Shown here: piece by piece, positions 1-11,200 of the stretch
Layout: every line of letters begins with the position of its first letter
How positions within the stretch are numbered: the stretch's first letter is position 1
NCBI GenBank assembly: GCA_001179505.1
Contig: CDMY01000358.1
Span: 39,162-103,161 of the forward strand
Length of the DNA: 64,000 nucleotides
Origin: Vitrella brassicaformis CCMP3155
Taxonomy: Eukaryota > Protista > Chromerida
Reading direction: 5' to 3'
Position numbers and translations under genes: made by a program
The notes under the pieces: model-generated
Databases searched by the model: none
Seen by the model: only the letters and a program-made list of their open reading frames with translations
What the model was told of the DNA's origin: nothing

Positions 1-494
1 CCAGCTGCCAGAGAGCGTTGCGGAGCTGGCTGTCACCACGACACCCTCCAGGCCGCGCACGCCGCCGCCAAGCAGAGAAGAGATGCCGTCCCGGATGCTC
101 ACGGCAACGGCAGGGATGTCCTCCAAACCATCGGGTGGTACTGAGTGAACACACACAGATACACGGCAGCAAGCAATGCACACACACGAGGCATCCATCA
201 ATCGGCCGGCAGGCCACTGCACTCACTGCATACCTTTGAGGCACACGTCTATCTTGCGAATCTCTGCAGCCGTCAAACACACTCGGGCTGAGGGCTGAAC
301 ACCTCCGGATCGCTGCAGCTGCCGACGGCGACCAGAGACACACCCCCTTCTGTCGGTCGATAGGCCGCCGAAGCGTACCGCCCTCACGTCGTGGGCATCT
401 TGTCCGGAAGACGACCAGTGCAGTGCATCGCCGGAGGCTGCCCGTGGTGTGGCCAGCTGATCAGCCCATTCCCATCTGCCGGCACGTCGAGCAC
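1..494 (-). CDS. Hypothetical protein, partial (runs off the window start; 5' end unresolved)
   Basis: Two open segments (~494-234 and ~144-1) join in frame across a GTATGC...CAG intron, giving ...AEIRKIDVCLK-VPPDGLEDIPAVAVSIRDGISSLLGGGVRGLEGVV.... No family motif recognised. Confidence 0.3.
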
Positions 495-1134
495 CTGGGC
501 GACGGACTCACACTCACACTCGAACCGGCACCAGCAGAACCACCAAGACACACCTGACACACGGCACACAACACAGCACAACAGATGGATGTACAGTACA
601 CGTAACCAGAAAGGATGAGTGTTGTGTGGACATTGTATGATCGTACAGCCCTCTCTCAATGCATTGCGTGGGTGGAGTGACGGATGGACAAGGATTCACC
701 ATTCAACCAACTGAGAAGGACGGAATCCTCCTGAGGCCGCAAACAAGACTGCCGATCCGGACGACACGACAGCGTAGCAATGAATCCGTGGATCAATGAA
801 TACGTCCACTGGTTATCAAACCATCACACAAGTGGTTCCTCGCATTCACAGTCAGTCAGTCAGTCAAGAAATGTCTCTCTCCTCTCCACTCAACACACGT
901 GCTGCCTGTCTGTCTGTCACGCACATGTCCGTCCGTAATTCACCCACCACACATATCATATCGACACAGAAGGACACGATTCGTAGACCAAACCACTGCA
1001 TGCCATGGCATGCAGTGAGTGCACCGGCCGGCATGCGCGTACCGTCTTAGCTGTCCAATGCAATGGTGGGTGGTCAATGCAATCAATGGTGGGTGGTCCG
1101 ACCCGACTCGACCCCACTCACACGCGTGTACGAC

Positions 1135-2858
1135 TCAAATGCCCCCGGGGGGAAGTACTTTGAACACGGCCTTGGCCTGCATACACACACATACCGACAC
1201 ACCAGTTGTGTTACACACGGCTGGCTGCACGCCCACACCGTACGTACCCCATCCCATCCACCCCACCCACCCGTAGTGCGTCAAGCGGGACGAATCCGTA
1301 GTTGTGGCTGTCGATGCTCTCATTCATATTGTCTCCAAGCAGAAACACACAGCCATTGGGGACGACCTCAGGGCCAAAGCTATACATTGGTGGTGACGAC
1401 GACATCATCTTGTACCGCCCCCGCACATCCACACCGTTCACAAGCACCCCATCCGGCGAAATCGCAACGGTGTCGCCCTGTCCAAACAAACAGGCAGGCA
1501 GGCAGGACACAAACACACATTTCACGCATGTCTATCTGCGTCCATGCCTCTCCCCCCACGCAGGTGTGTGCATGAGAGCCCATGAGGGTCACCTCCTTAG
1601 CGATGATGCGTCTGAATGCGATGGCCCTGCCGCCCGCCAGCCGCCAGATCTCGTCGTCTCTGCTCGGGTCGCCAGTGGCAGCAATCTGACGCTTCACATA
1701 TTGCTGACACGGACACAAGAAACACAAAACAGATAGTTCATGTCTTTTGGCACTTGTTGGTTGTACACGCACGCACCTTTACGAAATCTGGTTGTGACAT
1801 CTCAACCACGTCCCCGACTTGGAAGGCGTCCCTGGAATAACCGCAACCAAAGTTTACCACCAAGCCTCTTGGTGTGATTGCTGGCTCTCTGCCTTACTGT
1901 TTGATGAGCTTGTTGACCACGACCAGGGACTGCGATTCAAGGACCGGCTGCATGCTCTGGGATGCGTTGATAACCGTGTCAAAAACAAAGAAGCGCAGCA
2001 GTAGGATGGGCAGGACGACTATGCCGATGGCCAGGGCGTCCCACTTGCCGCTCGTCAGCTCCTTCAGTGCCTTTGCCACACCAGTCGGCTCGCTCTGCAC
2101 ATACACACATACAGAAGAGACAGGCAGGCAGGCAGGCAGGCCGCCACTCAGACGGACTACATATGTCTGCAGTGCATGTCAGGGAACCCTGGGTGGGTAC
2201 CTACCTGTTGTTGCATCCTGCGCGCCTCCTCTTCTTGCTTCCTTCTCCTGACGAACTCGGCGATCATGCTGTCGCTGGGAGCCGAAGACAGGTCGTCGTT
2301 GTCTAACCCGGGGATAACAACCACCTTGTCCCCATTCACACCACCCTGATAGACCCACCAGCACACGGCCACACGGCACGACACGATCAATCATCAGCTT
2401 GTGCAGTGTGTCGTGATGGCACCCATCCCACCCACCCACCCACCCACCTGTTTCTTGGCTTCCCGCGGTATCACCATCAGCTCTCCGCCAGGCTGCCGGG
2501 ATGCTCTGTCAGTGGGCTGAGCTGGCGCCTGGGCTCGCTCCTCAAGGCCCTCAATCACCCGCAAGCCCAGCTCTTTCATCTGGTCACGTGCCGCAGTGTT
2601 GTCATCGAACCGCCCACTCTGGATCTGCTGAATGAGACTCTCGCTCCTGACCTCGTCACCCTCATCCTTCGGAGCCGATGCCTTGCCATCCGCCTGCATG
2701 TGCAGAGATCTGTGAAGCCTTCGCCGCCTGACATGCAGCGGCTGCCAATGGTGATGCCACAATGATGGAGCAGGGCCGACAAATGCTGACGAGATGAGGG
2801 CGGCGTGCACTGCAATCCCCATGGTGAACAAAGAAGAGATCAGGACGCTTCGCTGCAT
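1135..2858 (-). CDS. Type I signal peptidase (S26), plastid/thylakoidal processing peptidase-like, multi-exon, with bipartite leader
   Basis: Spliced protein has a hydrophobic leader ending SSA-FVG, an R/H-rich transit region, a TM segment (WDALAIGIVVLPILLLRFFVF), box B ASQSMQPVL, box C GDVVEMSQP, box D-like FRRIIAKEGDTV and box E GDNMNESIDSHNYGFVP. The C-terminal exon crosses a C/G homopolymer, so the stop at 1135 is less certain. Confidence 0.85.
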
Positions 2859-2947
2859 TCTTGTAAGCTAAGCTCGCAGAACGTTCCGTGAAACCGCTCG
2901 TCCCTCGAAAGCTCGCACCTCAAGATCTGCCGTCGTTTGGAAGAACG

Positions 2948-3959
2948 ATGAAGTTCTCGACGACTGTGAGCTCAGACCGGCGAAAATCGCGTAAGGCTCA
3001 CTTCCAGGCCTCCTCGTCGGAGCGCCGGAAGATCATGTCGGCGCCGCTCAGCAAGGACCTCCGCACCAAATACAACGTACGTACACACAAGACACACAAG
3101 GGGGGAGGGGTGGCAGGCGTCGTGTCACTGACGGGAGAGATCTGTCCTCGCCTATATCGGTATGTACTGGCACTTGTGTTGTGTGGGTGCAGGTGCGGAG
3201 TCTGCCCATCCGTAAGGATGACGAGGTCATGATAGTGCGAGGCCACTGCCACGACCGTGAGGGCAAGGTCACCCAGGTGTACCGCAAGAAGTGGGTCATC
3301 CACGTCGAGCGAGTCACACGCGACAAGGCCAACGGTACAGACAGACAGACACCCAAACAGCCCATCCCCCCCCCCCCCCCCCNNNNNNNNNNNNNNNNNN
3401 NNNNNNNNNNNNNNNNNNNNNNNNNNNNNNNNNNNNNNNNNNNNNNNNNNNNNNNNNNNNNNNNNNNNNNNNNNNNNNNNNNNNNNNNNNNNNNNNNNNN
3501 NNNNNNNNNNNNNNNNNNNNNNNNNNNNNNNNNNNNNNNNNNNNNNNNNNNNNNNNNNNNNNNNNNNNNNNNNNNNNNNNNNNNNNNNNNNNNNNNNNNN
3601 NNNNNNNNNNNNNNNNNNNNNNNNNNNNNNNNNNNNNNNNNNNNNNNNNNNNNNNNNNNNNNNNNNNNNNNNNNNNNNNNNNCCCCCCCCCCCCCCCCCC
3701 CCCCCCACACACACACACGCGGCGTCGGTTCGGTTGGCTCACTGGGTGTCCTGTCTGTCTGTCTGTCTGTCTGTCTGTGTCGGCACGTGTGCGTGACCGA
3801 CCAGGTTCGAGTGTGCCGATCGGTATTCACCCTTCAAAGGTGGTCATCACGAAGCTGAAGCTGGACAAGGACCGCAAGGCGCTGCTGGACCGCAAGAACC
3901 GGGAGACCAGGAAGGGCGGCAAATACGACAGGGACGTGCACATGTCCAGAGTCGATTGA
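2948..3959 (+). CDS. RPL26: 60S ribosomal protein L26 (uL24); exons 2948-3076, 3193-3334, 3805-3959
   Basis: [43 protein letters not shown] / [17 protein letters not shown]...[24 protein letters not shown] / [30 protein letters not shown], joined by GT-AG introns. Confidence 0.97.
3383..3681. other. Assembly gap (299 N) flanked by poly-C runs, inside RPL26 intron 2
   Basis: Run of N bases seen directly. Confidence 0.99.
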
Positions 3960-4570
3960 GGAGACAGACAAGACACACAGGGTGGCACAACGGTGCTTGC
4001 CTGGTTCTGTGTCGTGCGTTCTGCTCGTGGGCCGGGCCGCAGCCTTTGTGGCTGGCTGTCTGCTGATGGATGGGAGTGAGTGATGCGCTGAATGACTGGA
4101 TGCGTGTAAGACATGGATGCGCCTTGTGTGTTGACTGACGATGGACAGACAAATTTCCCCCTTTAACAGCTAGCATGCCATACATGTCAGTCACGACCCG
4201 CCCAGAGAGTGAGATAGTGAGGGAGGGCTGCTCGACCAGGCTGCTCCACAGGTAAGCCTACCGCTCCTGTCTATCCTATCCATCCATGTCAAAAGATAGA
4301 TGATTCATCCATGTACAAATCGGATCGGATGCAGTCAACCATGAGTTCGCCCATCAGCCACGTCCATCCGAATGCATGCCCTTATCTACACATCCACGAA
4401 TTCCATCCAAGTGTCTGCCTGCCTGCCTGCCTGTCTGCACACCCCTCATCTAGCCCCTCGCCAACCCCCGTCAGTCAGCCAGCCAGCCAGCCAGCCAGCG
4501 GCAGTATGTATGGCTACTATCTATCTACGAGTCCAGATCAGATTGCCACCCGCTGCCTGTCCCTCCCCCG

Positions 4571-5174
4571 TCACCCGTCAATGTGCATGTCGTCCCCCTC
4601 CTCCTCTTTGATCTCCACCTTGGGCTGCTTGGCGGACCGGTCCTCCTCCTCTAGGGGCTCGCTCTTCACATCCTGATTATTGATGGATGCCAACCAACAC
4701 CACACAACGAACGACCCGTGTGGACAGGCGTGTCTCTCTTGTAGACGTGCTCAGAGAGATACATACATACATATGCATACTCTTTTGACGCCCTGCTGCA
4801 GCACGGGTCTGGCAGCCGTCAGGCTCTCAGGCGGCAGCTGCAGTGCACCACACGACACACACCAATCCATGCATGAGAAGTGGGTGGGTGGGTGTGCCTC
4901 CCTCCTCCCTCCTGTAGCCAGGTGTCTGCATGTAAGTTGTGTGGGGCGTCCGTACGTATTTGTGGACGTCCTCTATCATGTGTGTGGCCTCAGCCTTGAA
5001 GTCGATGGGGTCTGCGTTCTGTATGTAGCCCTTGGGACGCACTTCGCCTTGGTACAACTCGGGCTTGCAACGAAGAACCACCGTGTACTCCTGATGGATG
5101 GATGGATTGATATATCGACACACAAACGAGTGACGGGACACGACATACCACGATTGAAGATGCGAGTGCGTGTC

Positions 5175-5207
<33 letters not shown>

Positions 5208-7964
5208 GTGTATACCTCATAGGTGGCAGTTCCGAGTGCGCCAATGTGTTTGTCTATGTCCTCTGTCCTGCCCTCCTCCTCCAGCTTCTTGTACGTACTA
5301 GCCTCCATGCACAACAACTTCTCACCTTAATCAATCAATAGACCGATGGATGGATGGACATACCGACACGCATACATACATACATACAAGACACCCCACC
5401 CGGGGGCAGTTTGATGTGTATGTAAGTCAGTATGGATGGCTGGCAGGCATGTGCCACCTACGTACGTACCGATTTCGTGTGTGATGGTGACGAGGCCGCT
5501 GTGGGTGGTGTCGTTGATGGACGCAGGGAAAATGAACCTGCACGTCACATACCATGCACGCCAAACAAGGGAGGGACGAGCTCTCTCTGGCGATTTGAAT
5601 GAATGTGTCAAAGAAGGTGAGGTACTGTCTTACTTGGGTTCGGGGAGGACGGCCTTGTCACATGTGATGCAGCGATAGGCGGAGTTCTCCTCAACGCACT
5701 TCTTGCGACACGCAGGGCACGCCTGAAGGAAGGCACGCACCAAACATACACCATAACACACACACACACAGGTGCATCCACCCGTCCCACACATGTGTGT
5801 CTCTCGTCGGTCTGTCTGTCTGTCTGTCTGCCCGTCCCTTAGGTCCGTCGTGCGTACCGTAGCGTACCATGTATGTGAGTGGTATCTGGTTGGACCCGCC
5901 CTCCTTCTTTTGCATCTCACGCCGGACCACAGCCAGACGGGCAAACGCGCGGTAATACGATAACTGCAGTAACCATGAAGGATGAATGGCGGGAGGGTGG
6001 GCGGGGGGGATGGATGGTTGTTAATGTGATGGAGCACACATGCAGAGGTCTGTCTGTCTGTCCTGCCTTGGTTCTCTCTCTCCAGGTGTAGGCAGGTACG
6101 TACCTGATCTACCTCCCAGGTGTCCTCCTCCTCCATTATCTGCCGCAGCGTCTGCAACCACACACACACACACAGCACAGCACAGTACCAGCTGTGTGTA
6201 CAGTGAGATGGTTAGCTTGCATGCTCACGGCGTCTTTGATTTCCCTTCGTCTGCCCGTCCCGCCCTCCCCGCCCCCCGGACCAACCATCATGCCCGCATA
6301 ACGGGCACTGCTACCGTGCTGAACACGCCATGACATGACACACACGCAGGGGGACAGGCACACACAGACAGACACCACACAATACATTACACACTAAAAG
6401 TTGGATTTGGCAGGCAGTCCCTAGTTGGCGTTGGTGGGCTGCCTGCCTGCCTGCCTGGCTGGCTGGCTGACTGACCTGTGTGTACCATTCCCTGAGTTGT
6501 TTGGCCTTTGGGTCATCGCAGCCCTCGTACACCACACGACTGCTGCGCGTCGAACTACCGGACAACATACCTGCACACACACACACACGTATCCACCCAG
6601 GTGATTCGCCGGGATGTCTTTGTGGGGGGGTCGGTCGATATGGGTGCATTGCATTGCATTGCATGTAAGTGTGTGGGTGGGTGTGTGTGTGTGTGGGTGT
6701 CCTTCCTTCGTGGTGTGTGTGACCTTGGTATTCCTTCATGAGTACGTCTTTGAAGGCCACGACAGGGTTGTTCTTGAGCTTCTCCTCCGACACCTCAGCC
6801 TACATGTAATCGTGGAAGCCAAGCCAACACACTTCCCATATATCCACACATGCACAGTGTACGTACGTATGTATATCCCTTCTCCTCCCCTCCCCAGGGT
6901 GGGTGTGCGGGTGTGTGTGTGTGTGTGTCGGGGGGCTGGAAGGGTTCCTCCCTCCCTCCCTCTAGGCCTACCTCTTTGCCGATCAGTGCGAGGTCGATTT
7001 GGTGTTCGCTGTCGTCGACGAGTGTGAGTGCACGTTTGGCGAGGGATATGGTCTTGTTATCGCGTGTGAATGTGATGGTCTCGGGCGGGCGGAAGGTCTT
7101 GACGACGGCTATCAGGTCCACGGGGAACGGACCGTTGTGCTTCTTGGCCTTGGCCCTGATCTCACGCAAATCCATAAACGAAAACCTGCACACAACACAC
7201 ACACCCATAAATGAGGACACACGGAGGCAAACATGCACGCGTATATGGGGAATGGGGGGGGATGCAAGGGTGCGGTGCGGGCGGCATCGTGCCCATCCAT
7301 ATGTGTGTGTGTGTGTGGCTCTAGGCCTAGAGGCAGGGTGGCTGGCTGGCTGACCGTGGTGCGGTAGAGATTCTCCTGTCATCGGTGCAGTGCTGGATGC
7401 TGGCGGCGCCGTCGAAGTGGATCTCATAGGCGTGCTGGGTCCTGTTGTAGCGCGAATTCGCTATCCGCACCGTGCCCTGGCTGAACGTGTACACCTGCAC
7501 CGCATCCAGCATTGAGAGAGAGAACCACCTTTGACACACGTAAGTACCCTCACCCCTTGCCACACCATCCCCCATCCATCCATCGACTCAGGTCTCCACC
7601 TCACCTCTCCCTCTACGATTTTGTCATGCCACTGCTCGGCAGCAGTGCCCCAGAACTGAGCCCTGATCTCGTCATCCTGCACACAACACATATAAGCACA
7701 CACCGCACCGTATGCATATATCGCCTCTCCGGCGTTCTCTCAATCTACAGACGTCATGGATCCATCCATCCATCCATCCATGCGTACATCTTTGTCGATG
7801 AGTGTGACGCTGAAGACGGCGCCTTCGCCGACGGCGGGGGGTTTGCGTTTGAATCGGTTGAGCTCCGACTTCTGCGTCACGCGGGCCTTGATGGTCCACC
7901 GGGCGAAGTGGGTGCTCAACTCACGCACGGGGAAGTACTCAGTCGGATCCGCATCACCCGACAT
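4571..7964 (-). CDS. RPA1: Replication protein A large subunit, short form (DBD-A/B/C with C4 zinc finger, no RPA70N domain)
   Basis: EYFPVRELSTHFARWTIKARVTQKSELNRF...AVFSVTLIDKD-DEIRAQFWGTAAEQWHDKIVEGE-VYTFSQGTVRIANSRYN...YEIHFD (DBD-A); VDLIAVVK...KRALTLVDDSEHQIDLAL (DBD-B); ACPACRKKC...YRCITCDK zinc finger (DBD-C). First ATG at 7964, stop at 4571. Confidence 0.9.
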
Positions 7965-8256
7965 CCCTCGCGGATGTCGCCTGAGCCCTCTGCGCGTGTG
8001 TTTGGTTCCATACAAACTCCAACTCCCAGAACCCTGGGCGTAAATTGACACGCACGATTCGTCAACTCAGTCTCATCCTACATCTACACCAAGCCACCCA
8101 GCTAGCTACATCACACACATGCCTCCTCCCTCGCCCGCTACTAGCCCACCCAAGGCATTGCGAGCTGCACTACCCGACCGCCCGCCTCAGTCAGGTCACC
8201 TCACTCACTCCATGCTTCACTCATGACTTGAGTCGGTCGGCCAGCCAGCCAGTGGG

Positions 8257-11200
8257 TCAGTCGAGGACCACACAGTCGGGCTGCTCCTTGTCCTTGGCTG
8301 GTGGTGCATCCCTCTGTGCTGCACCGAGGGCAGAGCCCTTGAAGCCACAGCGCTCGGCAGCGGGTTTCGGGGGCTCCGGAGGCACACCGCTGCCGTCATC
8401 CAACTCTGATCGATCACACAGAACACCACACGCACATTCACAGGGGGGTCGATGGACGGATGACGCATGGATCGGATGGATGGATGGATGACGGATGGAT
8501 GGATGGGTGCATGATATGATGCGTGTAGCCCGGCCTGCCTGCCTGCCTGCCTGCCTGTGTGGGTGGGTGGGTGGGTGGCTCTGCTGCCACCTGACCTGAG
8601 AAGTCCAATATGTAGTTGGGTAGGTTGTCGTCGCTGCCGAGTGGGTGGTCGGTGGACACCTCGTACTGGAAGGTCGAGTGCTCCGTCGCACCCAGGTGAT
8701 GCAGCGTGTAGGAGGCCGTGGTAGGCGTCATCTTCACCAGGCCCTTGGGCGTCGTCAGCCACAGACGAAACTTGTAGAAACCCGCATCCGCTGGGCAAGC
8801 AAGGAAGGGAGGGAGGGAGGGATATAAAAGAAAGAGCGAGGCGCACACACACATACGGATGACAGACAGACAGACAGACAGACAGCCAGACAGACAGACA
8901 GATATAGAGAGATAGACACACAGATAGGGAGCCTGTCTGCCTGCCTGTCTGTCTGTCTGTCTGGCCGTGAGCAGCGGGTGTGTGCGTTTGGTGTGTGTCC
9001 TGTCTGTCCGTCCCCGCGATGCACTGCACTGCATATGTATGGCTTACTCATGACGGCGTCGAAGACCTTGGACCATGCGTCCTGGAAGGAGTCGGTGCTG
9101 GCGACATTGATGGTCTTGTTGGCCCCGCCCGCACGGGTGCGTGGGCCGGCCCTCGGGGCCGCACCCTCAGTGTGTTTGTTGTGGATGGCCAAGTCACGCG
9201 AGTCGAAGTTGCGGCTCTCCTCGGCTATCTCGTCCGCCTTCTCCTTCAAACAACTCGCACACGGCTCCTCGGTCCACAGCAAACCGATGCTCAACACAGA
9301 CCTGAACACACACACACACACACGCACACACACACGCACACGCACACGCACACGCACACACACACATATACCTTGACAAACAATGTCACATCTTCCCTCC
9401 CTCCCTCTCTCTCCCGCTGTCCGTCCGTCCGTCCGTCCGTCCGTCCCTTGCACGCAACGCCACGGCCACTTGTCTGGCCCCGCCCATCTACCTACCTTTT
9501 GGGATTGTCTGTAGTGTCTTGAAGTGAGCCAATGTCGTGGAACCTCCGGCCACCGTGGGTGGTGCCGCCCCCGACCACCTCGCCATCCAGCTGCTGCTGG
9601 CCACCGCCCTCACGTGGCTGCCAGATGAGCTGGAAGCCCGGCCAGGTGTCCTTGTCGCAGTCCGGGGCCTTGGGGAACAGGTCGCTGCTCATGAGGTAGT
9701 CGAACTCCTCCTCTGTCGCTATCATGTATCGCCGGCTCACCGTCTGTGGCAGCACGAACTGGTGCCGCGAGACGCCCTTGTCGCCCTTGACAGGGGCGAC
9801 GTGGCCATTGGCGCCCGCCTTGGTGCTGCTGCTCGACTGTCGCTTCTCGACGTCGTTGAGGAGGTGTGTGGGGTCGTAGCAGGGCCTGGGGTGGGTGCAC
9901 TTGCACAGCAATGGAGTGGGGTCGAGGGGGTCGGGGGTGACGGCCACCTCCTGCTTCTCGGCGCGTATGTACTCGATGTACTGGGTGAACCACTTGCCGT
10001 CGAGCAGGAAGTACTTGCCCTGGACGGGGACCTTGGGGTGGCCGCGGGGCACCTTGCCGTAGTGGTGGATGTCCTGCTGGTCGGGCACGTCGACGGGAAT
10101 GGCCCCACTGCTGAGGTACAACAGCTCCGCCGTCAGCTCCTCCACCGTCTTCTTCCACTCGGCCCTCTCGCTGTGCTCGGTCTGGAGCCGGTCCTTGCAC
10201 TCGGGGCAGGGCTCGTTGGTGGCCCACAGCGGCTCCCCTCCGTGGCTGGTGCAGTACTCGATCACAGGCGCCTTGGCCACGCCCAGCAGCTTCTCGAGCA
10301 CCTCCCTCTGCTTGCCGTTGTTGGCAATCAGACGGTGGATGTAGTCGACCCTCACCTCAGCCTTGGTGGCGCCCTTGGCCTGCTTCACACCGGGGCCCTT
10401 GAGCGTAGGCAGCAGCCGACCGTGCTCGCAGATGATGTTCTCGTGCAAGATCTTGTCCTTGCTCTTCATCGGACCTGCCGCTGGGGGTGGTGCTCCTCCC
10501 GCCTTGCCACCCGCTGCAGCACCACCGCCCTCGTCGCCTGCGGTGGCACCCCTGCCACCCTCACCGCCATCCCCGTTTGCCTGCTCGGCCTCAGGACCAC
10601 CACCCTCACCACCACCAGCACCACCGTCCGCCGGCTGATCGTCCGTGTCGAGTTCGATGGGGTCGTCGTTGGACGCCCCGTCAGCTTCAGCAGCGCCGCC
10701 GTCTGGCTTGTCTCCTCCTCCTTTGTCGTTTGCCGCCACTGGGTCGTCTCCCAAGCCACTCTGCATGGGCTGGTCGTCGTCCTCGACGTCGATGACCATC
10801 TCATCGGCCGCGCCGCCCTCGTTGTCGGCTTTCTTGGCCTTGTCTGTGTGGTCAAGGTTGGCTGTGGTAGCGGCGTCCTTGAGCTGGTCGGGCCGTGGCT
10901 GCTCCTGCTCCTTTCGCAGGGCGGCCACGAGCTTGCGTGCCTCGTCGTGGAGCTGCTGGTGGGAGAATGTGGGTTTGGGTGGGTCCTTGGTCTTGGCGTT
11001 CTTGTTGCCCCTGACGTCTGTCTTGACGCCGACCTTCTGGGCCCACTCGTTGACGGGCTTCTTGTTGATCCACACGTTGCGGCTGTCGGCGGCTGTCCTC
11101 TTGGTGGTGGCGGCATTCTTCCTCACGTCCATGGCAATGAGGTAGAAGAGCTCCCGCTCCTCACGGATGAGCTGCGCCAACCGCCACAGGCCCCACGTGC

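Noticed and set aside
1120-1150. Possible frameshift that would extend the signal peptidase into further exons (a GTGAGT donor follows)
   Set aside because: It would need a 1-nt homopolymer error; the current stop already falls at the usual end of the S26 domain, and this cannot be resolved without reads.
3362-3710. Long ORFs with X runs and poly-Pro/poly-Gly
   Set aside because: Artefacts of the N-gap and flanking poly-C inside an RPL26 intron.
8480-9020. Arrays of GACA, GATG, GCCT and GT repeats here and throughout the window
   Set aside because: Ordinary intronic microsatellites; no repeat-spacer structure, so not CRISPR or satellite DNA.
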